DNA of 64,000 nucleotides, taken from assembly GCA_047967505.1 (NCBI GenBank), contig CM106538.1. The stretch is one strand, 5' to 3'. How positions within the stretch are numbered: position 1 is the stretch's first letter; each line of letters begins with the position of its first letter. The notes below the pieces were generated by a model. That model was not told the DNA's origin and did not search any database. It worked only from the letters and a program-made list of their open reading frames with translations. Below, one piece after another: positions 51,880-64,000 of the stretch. Origin of the DNA: Dipteris shenzhenensis (Eukaryota). A program made the translations under genes and the position numbers.

Positions 51880-54800
51880 TCCATAACCTATCACAAACAG
51901 GTCCACCACCTTGTAAAACCATGGCTAACCTGCAATGCCTCCATGTATCAGAGATTCATGTTTCACACCCATAGCCTTAAGAATCCACCCAACATTCTTT
52001 GAGTTCATGAGATTTACTGTGTATGCTAGATCCTCCACTCACACATGAAGAACCAATCAATCTAGAGGTGCCATTCTTTATGGTTGACCTCGATTGGAAT
52101 AATGACCTGAAGAATGTGCCCATACCAATAAGGACTCAGAATTTCCTTGGGACCTTGAAACTGAGGCTAAGAATGCTCGATTTGAAGATCAAGTCTTTGA
52201 CAACAATGACTTAGCCATTTTGAATTCCCTTATGGTGGTTGAGCTTCCCAAAGTTGAAACTCCAAAGTTGAATAATAGCAAAAGATCCTGCAAGAAAGCT
52301 AAAGGAGGAAATCACCCCGCAAAGCCAAGGCCAAACACTTCAATGAATTTGAACAAGTCCAAACTAGGATCGTTGAATTGTATCTTGCCAACAAGCCAGC
52401 TCCCTCAAAATCTAAGCCATCTCCTCTTGAATAGTCCCCTGATGGACTTGAAGAAATATGCACATCAAATGAACCCTTGCTTGGGGAATACTTTGCCAAT
52501 GGAAAAGTTACCCCATAGTTCCCAACATAAGAAGTTTCAAAAGTATAAGCCACATGCGCAGATGAAGCTTGATCAAAAGACTACAAAAAAAGAAAGTCCT
52601 GAGCCTAACAAATTGGTTAATGATACTATGCCACCCAATACCCATAGCACATGTTAGCCTAGTTCAACACCATCAGAGGTTGATCTTTGAGAAGTGCCAG
52701 AGTACTTCAAGAACTACACAAGTGGTAGTGTCCCCATAGCAATTCCAAGACCACTAAGAGAATCTGAAGTTCAAGAAATTGATAGCATTGGAAAGACTCC
52801 AATCTATGAGGGATCAGAAAAAAATCAAACAATAAACCTCGCCCTTGAAGGGGAGGAAGAAAAATTAGTTTTCATTGGGAAACAACTTACACAGGAAGAC
52901 GAAACCAAGCTCAAAGCACTCCTCATGGAATACTGAGACTGCCTAGCATGCTCATACAAGGAAATGAAAGAAATTTCACTAGAAGTGACAGTACACATGA
53001 TACCTATAAGGGAAGGTGCCCACCCTAAGGTATGTGACCTTATCAAACAAATCCAAAATATGGCACCATGGTTTATGATGATGAACTGTAAAAACTCTTA
53101 GATGTCAGATGCATCTATGAGATCAAGCACACTGATTGGGTTTCACCCATCATCATCGTGCCTAAATGCAATAAGAAGCTAAGAATATGTGTTAACTTAA
53201 AGAATATGAATGCGGCCACAATCAGGGATCACTATCCCCTATCCCTTAACAGAAACAATGTTGGAAAAGGTGGTAAGTTTCAAGATATATAGCTTCTTGG
53301 ATGGCTTCAGTGGCTATAACCAAGTGCAAATTGCTCCTAAAGACCAATAAAAAACAACATTTGCTATAGAATGGGGTATTTTTGCCTATAGAGTCATGCT
53401 ATTTGGCCTTTTTAATGCCCTGACCACATTCCAGCAAATCATGTTCACAGCTTTCAAGTCATTTCTTAATAAGTTTTTGTAGGTGTTCTTGGATGAGTTG
53501 TGCATCCACTCAAACAAAAAAGACCACTTCAAATGTCTTGAAGCAGTACTAATCAAATGCAGGGAGTATGGCATCTCCCTAAATCCAAAAAAATGCCAGT
53601 TCATGGTCACCCACAGAGTCTTTTTGGGACACATCGTTTCTCAACCTAGGATTGCAACTGACATGGACAAAATCAAAATCATTATGGAATTGCCTCCTCC
53701 TACAAATTCCAAAGGTGTACAAGAATTTATGAGCCATGCTGGCTATTATAGAAGATTTATCTTGCAGTATGCCATGAAAGCCAGACCACTTTACAAATTA
53801 TTAGTGAAATTCTTATGGATAGAAGAGTGTGACCAATCCTTTGAGCTTTTAAAGTGGTGCCTAATCACAACACCCATCCTTATATCTCCCAATTGGGATA
53901 TTGATTTTCATGTTTATACTGATGGATCCAAGTATGCAATTGGGAGTGTACTTTGTCAAACCTGGTGAACATAAGAAACACTACCCATTCTACTTTGCCA
54001 GTTGACAACTCAATGATGCAGAGAGCAACTATACCACCACAAAAAGAGAAGCCCTAGCAATGGTGTATAGTGGTAAGAAATTTCGGCACTATCTATTGGC
54101 AAATGATTTTGTCTTCTACATCGACCATTAAGCATTGCTTTATCTTGTGAACCGTTCGTGCACAATAGGAAGAATAACCAAATGGCTCCTCTTGCTTCAA
54201 GAATTCAAATTCAAAATAGTGGTCCGCATTTCCGATCACATGTCTCGTGTCAAGTTGGAAGAAGAAGCCACTGGAGTAGAAGATGACTTGCTAGATGCCA
54301 CACTATTTCAGATAGATGCTGTTCCAGATTGGTGTGCAAATATCATTGGGTACTTAATGGCAGGAAGACCACCTCCTGAAATGAAAGCAGTGGATGCCAT
54401 AAAACTAATTTTAAAAGCTGCACCCTATTAACTCATTTTTGGACAACTATACAAGATGGGCAAGGACCAGGTTTTAAGAAGATGTGTAATGCCTCATGAG
54501 ATCATGCCAATCTTGAGTGAAGTCCATGAAGGCATTGCAAGAGGACACTTCCAAGGGGAAGCCACAACAAGAAAAGTCCTCACAAGCTACTGGTGGGCCA
54601 ACACTTTCGGCCAATGCCTCTGAATATGTCAAAGGCTATGATGTATGCCAACAGACTACTAGCCACAACACAAGGACTTCAATCCCCTAACAATAATTGT
54701 TGCACAAAAAACATTTGAAAAATGGGGCATTGATTATGTAGGTCCCATCCATCCAGCAGCAAAGGGGACACAGGCACGCTACATCATTGTGGCCACATAT

Positions 54801-57800
54801 GATGTATGCAAACAGACTACTAACCACAACACAAGGACTTCAATCCCCTAACAACAATTGTTGCACAAAAAACATTTGAAAAATGGGGCATTGATTATGT
54901 AGGTCCCATCCATCCAGCAACAAAGGGGACATAGGCACGCTACATCATTGTGGCCACATATTACTTTACCAAATGGGTTGATGCTAAAGTAGTCAGAAAG
55001 GCAAATGGCAGAAGCACAGCAAGATTCTTATACAAGAATGTGACCACCCATAATTCGGATGCCCCATGTGTCGGATAGAGGCACGCATTTTGTCAATGAG
55101 GTAATCCAAGAGCTCTTGTTTGGCTTTATGGTAATAAAAAGAAAAAGCACACCCTACTACCCCCAAGGGAATGGACAAAGGCCGAATCCACTAACAAAAT
55201 AATATGCATTATCCTCACTAAGGTAGTAGAACCATAACATTTTGATTGGGCAGAGAAACTAAATGCAGCCTTATGGGCATACCGAACCACACTCAAGGTT
55301 AGTACAGGGAATACACCTTTCCAATTGGTGTACGGCCTTAAAGCTGTGGTCCCACTAAAATTTATAATACCAAGCCTATGCATAGTAGTACAGGAACGCA
55401 TGGGAGATCATGCATCCTTGAAAGAAAGACTCTATCAATTGGAGAAGCATAAAGAGACAAGATTACTTGCCTATCATGCCATGAAAATAGAGAAACACTG
55501 AAGAAAGGCATGGTTTGACAAGAATCTTAAAGCCAAAGACATCAAGGAAGATGACTTGGCCTTGTTATACAATGCCAAAGTACACACGGTTAAACTCAAG
55601 TATCTAGGTCAAGGACCCTACCGAGTAAGAAAAATTAATCCCATCAGAGTTGTGCTACTAGAAACATTGGATGGAGTCCAAATCACCATAGCCATAGATG
55701 GGAGTTGACCGAAGCACTACTACTTCGACACACAAGCCATCCTTGATAAAAATGAAGATTTAGAAAACCCAATTCTTCCTTAGTTAGGATTATATTGTAT
55801 CATGAGCGCTCACTTACATATGTACGTCTTCACACTAATAGGTAGCATCAACCGATTTCAACCTAGGACTCAAAAGTGATGCTTGAGTCCTAGCTACCCT
55901 AGGAAATCCCAACAACAACAAAAAGCATATAGTTAGTCCCTACCTAATTATTAGGTCACATGCACTCACACGCTTTCACTTAGGCACATAGTTGATTGCA
56001 TGAATAATTGTGCCACACACTTTCATTCCACACTCTCAAAGCATGTGTAAAAATAAGATCTCTTACAAACACACACAAATGTCATACCTACATGCCAACT
56101 AATCTAATGATCAATGGTACACCATATGAACATGGATGCAGATTTTGAAACAATGCTGCCACTAAAGATGATGCGAAGAAAGAGCCCACCGCCTCAACCC
56201 CACAAGACCCCCTCCAGAGTTCGTAGCCATCTACCTCCTCTCAACCATGGTGACCATAGGCATTTGTGGTTCAGAGCGATAGCTCTGAGGAGGATTCTGT
56301 GCATGACATGGAAATCCAAGAAGAACAAATGCAACCCCAGTCGCCACTGGCCTACACAACCATTGATGGTGTGGGCCGCAGTCCTTGGAACTTGTGTGGC
56401 CACCTACATCGACTTATGCTCTTTCCAATGCAACAACATCTTTCTTAGAGCAAAGGGGTCTAGGCAGTTGTCTAAGAGCCTAAAATCCTTGGAGGATAGT
56501 CCTACAATGACCACATACATCAGGGACTTTCTCCATTCTTACCACTCCAGCGATGCACAGGTTGGCAAGTACGGCACCATCATTGTACATCAGAGCCCAT
56601 TCAACATTATCCTCAATAGTACAATCATTCAAAGGGCCTTCTCACTCCCAACACAAGGTGTAAAATACCCTACAAGGACTACTGAAGCTAAATTTCTCAA
56701 AGTACAGCCTCTCCTCACCAAGAGCACAAAGTTCTATAGGGACATGATATTACTTTGCACCATCAATAACCCTCGCCTCAAGGAAGTAGCACAATTCCTA
56801 TCCACAATCCTAGGGGTTAAGTGCAGTAAGAATAGATCCCTTCCACTCCACACATTTGTTTTGCTTGAGTAGGAAGCTAAAGCAAGACAAGATCCAGCAC
56901 ACTGTCATCTTCTTCACAAAAAAACTAGATGGTTCATCAGGCCAAAAATGTAAAATTCCACACTTATTGGCTGTAATCATCAATAAAGATCTACAAGAAT
57001 GAGAAATGACTTTGCCCTAGTCACCAAAACCTATTGAGGAGTTAGACATTCCCTTCTCATGAACAAGGGAGCTGTCACCAACTTCTCCTACTATCACATT
57101 GGCAAATGCGGATACCTCCGAAGAAATGCCTATTCTGGAGGTCAAAATTGAGGAATTGCCCCATGAGATGCTACAGCTCGGTGCACAACTGCAACCAATA
57201 TATCTCCAACAACAACAGCAGCTAGAGCCTGAGGCTACATTGGCACTAGCACCACCCATCAATGTGATGCAAGTCCATGAGTCACAAGGGGAGCTAGTGC
57301 CAGAATAACAATATGAATATTGTACCCAAGTGACTGACTTACCATTGGAACAACCCCCAACAAGTACTACAGAATCATCAGGATGGCTACATGGGCACCA
57401 ATTGTATTAGCAGTATCATGCCAATCCTCATCACTTTTTGTCATTCTCCATCATCAAGCTAGCCAAATGCTCCAAATGTTAGAACTATTCACTAGCTTGG
57501 CCAAGGAGGAACATGCACAAGAATTGGAAAGACTGACTATAGCAACAATCGAAGACCAATTCCATGGAATCTCCATAGAGGTCAGGGCACTTTGGGAGCA
57601 AATAGATGAGAAAGAGGTTGAAGAAGTGCGCATGAACCATGCTGTCCAAGCTCAAGAGAAGGCAATGAGGGATGTGACCTCCAACCTCCACCAAAGCCAC
57701 ATACAAGTGACAACAGCAGTACAAGCTACGACAATCCTACAAAACTCCACACATGCTCAGTAGATGGAGGAACTAGCACAAGCTCGACCCACTCTAATCC

Positions 57801-58257
57801 ACAAAGAAGAAGAGCTCCGAGATTGCCAAGAAAAGCTTGAAGACATGCAACAGTCTTTGGCAATTTCAGTATTAACTTACAAGGGACAGCCAAATTTTAA
57901 AGGACCAACTTGCTACCACTAAAGAGGCCAGCACATCTCAAGCACAAGTCTTGGACCAATGGTCCAATACCACTGAAGTCATTCCTCAACAAGTGTAGGT
58001 CACGTTGCAAATGAAAAAGCTTAAGGAGGCATATATATCCATCTGCCATAAATATAAAGAAAAAATGGATGAGTTGCAATCCCAAAAGATAGTCATCTCC
58101 AAGCTTGAACTCCAATTGCTAGTGCACAACAATGAGGCAATGGAAGACAACACCAATGAAGTCCCACTACAATCACAACGGTGATGTACCAAGAGCTTGT
58201 GGCCGCTCTACAAGTGGAAGAGTGAGTGCTTATCCAATGGAAGCAACTCCAAATCAA
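51880..58257 (+). mobile_element. Athila-like Ty3/Gypsy element 2 (RT, RNase H, integrase, extra ORF; truncated, no LTRs seen)
   Basis: WVSPIIIVPK, LRICV, YSFLDGFSGYNQV, VFLDEL, FHVYTDGSKYAIGSVL, NYTTT. The integrase is very similar to element 1 and has a 161-bp tandem duplication at about 54637-54960. Extra ORF at 56114-58257. Confidence 0.92.
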
Positions 58258-59294
58258 GAAAAATATCGATCAAAATTAAGAATTTTTAGTAATACTGAGT
58301 TTCACAAACATAATATTGAAAAAAGATGTCAAATCTTTAGGTAGTCCAAGTTTCGAGGTCAGGGTCCTCTTATCTGCCACCATCCAAACAAACAGATGCG
58401 TCAATTTTACAAGCAAAGACGTACGAGCAGGTTTATATGACCGTGTTTTTCAAGAGATTTTAAAAATAGTATTTCTTTAGGAAACATGGTTTTTACACTT
58501 TTATTTTCATTAGAACTAGATCCCTTTATCATAAAAATATACAGACTAGTCACTCATTCATTTTTACATAACATAAATCTTCTTATTCATAGACATCCCT
58601 TTGTACCCTTGGTATTACCTTAAAAAAGTATTTGAAAAATATTTCATTTAAGAAACGTCCCTCATAATCACTCTCAATATAATAATATTATACATAAATA
58701 ATTACTTATTAAACACATTTATATCATATGGCAATATCTTTCAAGTGTTTTTATAGTATTAATAGCAAGATATTTATGGACATGTTTCTACATAAGTTTA
58801 AATTACTGTAAATAAGTATTAACTTAGGCTTATATATCACTCTCATAAAATACATGTAATATTTAATACCAGGGATGATTTTTTCATGTTAGTTTCGTTA
58901 ATAAGCGAAAGTTTTATATGGCTTGTGAAATTTTATATGCTTTTATAAAAATAAGAGCTTAGTATATTCGCCACAATTTGAAACTAAAATTAAAAAAAGA
59001 GCTAGGTTTAGCCTTTAAGATTATAAAATTATAAATAAAGTCCATGAAAATTTGCCAAAGTTTTATATAATAGATAAATATATTTGGAAACTTTCGCCAA
59101 CATATTATATATACAATTTAAAAATTTGGGTAGATCTATAGAATTAAGCACCAAAAGAAGACTTGTGCAATCAAGTATAATCTAGTGTTAACATTTAATG
59201 TTTGCTAGAATGATAATTTTTGCTTACTAATTCCTCGCTAACTGTGGTGTCCTGTTACTTCCATTTTCACAAGTAACCCTTCCATTGTTTGCAG

Positions 59295-59445
59295 GTTGCT
59301 ATGCATAGAGCATGTTCAAAAGAAGGGCGAGCTACTTCTGAACCTGGTATTTGAATACATGGACACAAATTTGAATAAGTACATGGATTTTCATGGACAT
59401 AGCAGTAACAGCACTCGAAATCCATTGCCAGTGAAACTGATTCGG
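59295..59445 (+). CDS. CDKB: Single internal exon (exon 2 equivalent) of a B-type cyclin-dependent kinase-like gene
   Basis: ttgcag|G-LLCIEHVQKKGELLLNLVFEYMDTNLNKYMDFHGHSSNSTRNPLPVKLIR|gttcgt. The 151-nt exon is open, and its sequence and intron phases match CDKB exon 2. No other exons were found. Confidence 0.75.
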
Positions 59446-61599
59446 GTTCGTTCAATTGTATTACAGAAGCTCATAAATTCGAACTATGTAACCATTTATA
59501 CTTGACAATTCTGAAAAACAAGTAGTTGCAAAGCTCTGGAATTATATATATAATATCAGACCATGGTGGGTTGCCACAAGCTACCCACTAGATCTTAAAG
59601 GAGACCACCTATGGGATCAAATTCCGAAGGTGGGGAGGAGAGTATTCATTTTTCTAAGGTGTATTAATTAATTTGATTATTTTTAGAGGAATGGGTTAAA
59701 GCCGACGGCGCTGCCACTTAGGTGGTCATAATGTAGGCCATTGTGAGATATTAGGTTGTGGTAGGTCTTTATGTGAGTATGCTTGGCCTTTGCTCTCGTA
59801 GATGAGAGAAGTGTGTGCCTTCCTCTCATCTCCCATGCTTGACACCTTGTTCTTGGATCCTTGTGCAAAGTTTTATCTTGGCATTTGTTTGTGTGGGCTG
59901 GTGCTGGGACAAGCGTTTCATACTGCCGCTTCAAGCGTGTGGGTTGCTATCATGATGCTTCACCTTTTTGTGTAAGTTGGAGGTGGTTTTATGAGTCTCG
60001 TAGTGTTCTGTGTCTAGGAATGTTTTTCGTTGTGAATACTTGTGATTCGATTTTTCAGTGTGGGAAAATATGGGCGTGATCACGGTAGGTTGTGTGCCGA
60101 AAGTTCGCTCATCTGCTCATCTCTTTGTTGCTATTTCTCTTGAGCCAACTGATGACTGCTCTATATATTTCTTCCGTGGGCTGTGATTTACAGCATCTTG
60201 AAGCCCGCACCAGTTTCTAAACAGAGCTATATCTAGCTGCAGCACATATATACCCATCATCATTTTTGGTATGAGAGCATACCTCATCTCTGCTATAGCT
60301 TAGCAGTTCCTTGATTTTGGACAAAGGAAACTATTGGTTCCTCAGAATTCAGGTTACGAGCCCATTGTCCTCATCTGTTATATTGGCAACTACTTGTTTT
60401 AGGAGTATGAGATGCACAGATGAGATGCACAGATCGCACACCACCTTTCATTGAGAGCACAATCCGCAAACATGTGACCAGGATTCCGATAGTGACTACA
60501 CCAAAGATCCTTTAGAAGCTTACTAGCCGAAGACTCTCTAGTTCCTGAGAGGAATCCTTATTTTTAGGGACTTGTTGGATTTCTCTCCTCCTCAGCATCC
60601 AACTCTTTGTTGTTGCTGTTGTTTGAGCTTTCATCAAAACTGCCAAAAGCCATATCCACATCAATGCGGTGGTGCTACACCTCCCTCACTTTTCACGGGG
60701 CCGCGCCTGACTTCCACACATTAATATACCTCGCTCTCGCTTTTCTTGTTGATATAATTATATATCCACACAATCGACTCCCTCCATCGACCATCCACTG
60801 CTTATCCCCGCCCCGTTGATCGATGTAGCCCGAATGGTGCTCTCAACAGAAGGGCCGGTACCCTTCTTCTCTCTCTCTCTCTCATGATCCAACAGTGACA
60901 ATCAATTTTAAGCTTTCTCATCTTTGTGAGGCTCTTTTCTGCATCTTTTGATTGGCAGCGTCACGATTTCTCGTATGTGAGTGTCCCACTCAGGCATCTC
61001 TCCCTCTAATTTTAGATGCACTTGCGACCACACAAATTTCATCCTTGTAGTTTTCTCATCCGATTTGTGTTTTTGCGTTGAGCTAGTTCTTTGATTCTTT
61101 GAGTCGTTAATTCACTGTATAATTGAAGTGTTGGGGCTGCTATGTTTCTATGTGGTAGTGTATGTAAAGTTGCTTGGTAGTCTCCAAAGTACTCATCAGT
61201 GCATTGAAGATGTATTCCAATACATAAATCTGAATTTGTGGCTGCCAACAGGTCGAGCTTTGAGGGAGATCGGGGGCTGTTGACGTGTTGAAATCATCTA
61301 CTGTTGGTTGTGGTTGTGCCAGGCAAAATTTGGTGAGAACTCAGATCATTGCCTCTCTCTTGGTTTGTTCTACAAGCTCACGGATGCCCTTAGCGATTGA
61401 AGTTTTTTCTCTACCCTCCAATGATGACGTTCTCTATTAATTTGCATATTTGTAGAGACACGTTGACAAAATTCTCTCTTAATCTATGTTGTAGCTTTGT
61501 GACGTTCTCTCTTCATTTGCATAGTTGTAGGCTGCTTGTAGAAATACAAACTCATTCTGCATAAAAGAAATACAAACTCTTTCGTACATACTACGAAAC

Positions 61600-62485
61600 A
61601 TTGTTAGACATATGAAGGGGGTAATACGCAACCCCCTCAATTCTTGCAACAACAACTTGGGGGGTCCAAGTTAGGGGCATACTCCCACCCCCCATCAAGG
61701 ATGTATCCACTGCCTCCACCTGAAATGTATTGTCCTCCCTTAGATGCTTACCCTCAACATGGTGTATATCCTCACCCTCTGCATGGACCTCTGCATGGAA
61801 GATTTCCCCAGCCTCACCCACTAGCCCCCCTCCTTCCTACTCCCCTGACTCCTCTTGCTAAAGAACCCGGAGTCAATGACCTTGCCAAGGCCCTGAATGA
61901 TCTTCGGCTTGAGATGGTGGGCATCAGAAATCAAGCCAATCGCCCTCCAAGAGAACGTGCCAATGTTGTGTGCTACGAGTGCCACTAGAAGGGTCATTAT
62001 TGCACCGAATGTCCCAATATTCCAAGGGTGAATCTTCTAGGTGAATCAAGCACCGAGGATTCTGACGTAGAGGTCCTTAACCCCGAGAAGAGAAGTCGTA
62101 CCACCTCGAACCCCTCTCCAAACCATGGACCGGGCCACCCCAAGAAGAAGGTGCCCTTCTCAGAGCCCTCAGATGCTGAGATGGCAGACCCACCAATAGA
62201 GAAGACTAAAAGATCTTGCAAGAGTAAGTGGTCACCCTCGGATTTTTCTATCGGCTTAGGGCAAGAAGACTATCTGGTCATTCAGCGCCCTTGCTCATCG
62301 GTCTTTGAGCATCATGCTTCCTCAACTAATAGCATTAAGCCCTAAGGTGAGACGTGAGCTACAGCAAGGGCTCTCAACAAGGAGGAGCAAGAAAAAGGAA
62401 AAGGTACGAGAGATTTCTTCTATCTCTGAAGATATTGATCGGCACCTGCATACAGTTGATGTCATCATAGATAATTGCTATTGAA
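61600..62485 (+). mobile_element. Ty3/Gypsy gag C-terminus with zinc knuckle and pre-protease region
   Basis: Pro-rich region, DLAKALNDLRL, CYECH*KGHYCTEC (CX2CX4HX4C), QLIALSPKVRREL. Confidence 0.8.
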
Positions 62486-62545
62486 GAGTTTTCATTTACA
62501 TTGTTTCAATTATCCTTGAACTTACATGATAGTATCCTATCAACA

Positions 62546-62818
62546 TTTGGATGTAATGCAAGTCTAGCAATGTGGCCCCTTGATAAGATGAATGTTGCTT
62601 TGAAGCTAGCAACATAGAAAATATACTCAGTCTACCTTTGAATGTTGCTTTGGATGTAATGCAAGTCTAACAATGCAGCCCCTTGATGAGATGAATGTTG
62701 CTTTGAAGCTAGCAACATAGAAAATATACTGAGTCTACCTTTAAATGTTGCTTTGGATGTAATGCAAGTCTAGCAATGCGGCCCCTTGATGAGATGAATG
62801 TTGCTTTGAAGCTAGCAA
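62546..62818. repeat. 103-bp tandem repeat, about 2.6 copies
   Basis: tttggatgtaatgcaagtcta at 62546, 62649 and 62752. Confidence 0.95.
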
Positions 62819-63073
62819 TATCTTGTTGTTGTATTCATGTGGTGGACTTGTATTCATTTTGTATTCATATAGTAGATTTGTATGAAAATAAATTAAAGTA
62901 TTTCTTCATTTGAAGATGTGTTATACTTGATTTTCAACGCACTTTAGGTGCACATAATTTTATAAGGATAAGAATTATTATGCTATTTTTTCAGCATGTG
63001 TTTAGAGAAAAGAAATTATGTTCTATTTTATGCTCAACTAATAAAGACATAATTTTTTAAACAGGTACTTATC

Positions 63074-64000
63074 ATGGGAAGAAAAAAGAAAGTTCAAGCT
63101 CTACAGAAAAATACAAAAATGACATCTTTCTTATTACCTTCTACATCATTGGGCACTAAGATAAACATGTTTACAACATCAAGTACACCAGAGAATTCTC
63201 TCAAGTTCATCATCCATGAATCATGAAGCAATTTATCTGACTCTTGAACATGCTTTGGGCACAATGCATCATGCTAGAAATCAATGTTCTAGATCACTGC
63301 TTAATGATGATAGTTTTAATAGGGATTTGAGTTTTCAAGTCTTGGAAGTAGGGAAGATAGGATCACAAAACTGTAATCAAGGGAATGCAATTGGAATTGA
63401 AAATTCATCAGCTGGCACATCATTGACAAATAATGAGGTAGTGGATTTAACTGGATTGGAAAGTGGAAAAATGTCAAAAACAGTATCATCAATGTCAACA
63501 CCAACTGAAGAAGCCATTGAGAATGCATCACAAAGTTGCAACTCTTCAAGTAAGCGGAAGAGAAAGAGAGCTTGGGATATTCATAGGAATTTTCAAGAAG
63601 ATTGGGTAGCCAAATATCCTTGGTTAGACGTAGAACAAGTGGACACTGGAGATGCACCAAAGTGGGCCATTTGTAAAATATGCACATGGGCAAGGAAAAA
63701 GGAGGCATGGTTACAATTGAAGATCGATACGATTGAGAAGCATTGTGGGAAGGTTTACAAGACTGTAGAAGGTACAAGTAATGAAAAGAAAGTGATCAAA
63801 GAATGGGACAAGGAAAATAACTGTCACTTAAAAAATGAGATTGAGTACAATAAGTTCTTTCTTGCACAAGAGTCTAGCAGAAATAAAAGTGAAGGATCAT
63901 TGAAAAAGCGTTGGGAATGTATCGATGATCAGGTTGATAGAGAAAAGATAGTGCAATTCTCAACTATCATGCAAATATTGAAGCAAGGCCACTCACTGAT
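63074..64000 (+). mobile_element. N-terminus of a hAT-like (ZNF862/TTF-type zinc finger) transposase, runs off the window
   Basis: ATG at 63074 and one apparent frameshift near 63195, then open to the window end: KRKRKR (NLS-like), RNFQEDWVAKYPWL, CKIC, KIDTIEKH, HLKNE, KIVQFSTIMQILKQG. Confidence 0.7.

Noticed and set aside
58260-59250. AT-rich block as a possible MITE
   Set aside because: No terminal inverted repeats or target-site duplication could be identified.
61150-61300. LTR-end-like ...GCCAACA followed by a purine tract and TGTTGACG
   Set aside because: No second copy in the window to define an LTR; a similar unconfirmed PPT+TG lies at 51531-51545.

Overview
Eukaryotic, repeat-dense genomic DNA from a large-genome land plant. 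A fern is inferred from the PLS-type PPR remnant and the transposon repertoire, but this is not proven. No complete host gene is visible. The window is a nest of decayed transposons: a CACTA end; an endonuclease-bearing rolling-circle element (Helentron/HLE2 type; Rep-PIF1 helicase-APE, about 8.5-14.2 kb, minus strand) with a nested Copia end; an RPA70-like OB-fold pseudogene (17.4-19.0 kb); two Athila-like Ty3/Gypsy elements plus a third fragment, all carrying a very long unexplained ORF after the integrase; a Ty1/Copia element; RTE- and L1-type LINE pieces; gag fragments; and the start of a hAT-like transposase. Host-derived pieces are single exons or remnants (nucleoside hydrolase, PPR, FCP1-like phosphatase, and an intact CDKB-like exon 2). 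The most interesting signals are the roughly 3.7-kb, fast-diverging extra ORF of the Athila-like family and the Helentron with possible OTU-like and RPA70-like partners. All protein assignments come from motif recognition by eye, no searches were run, and most boundaries are approximate.
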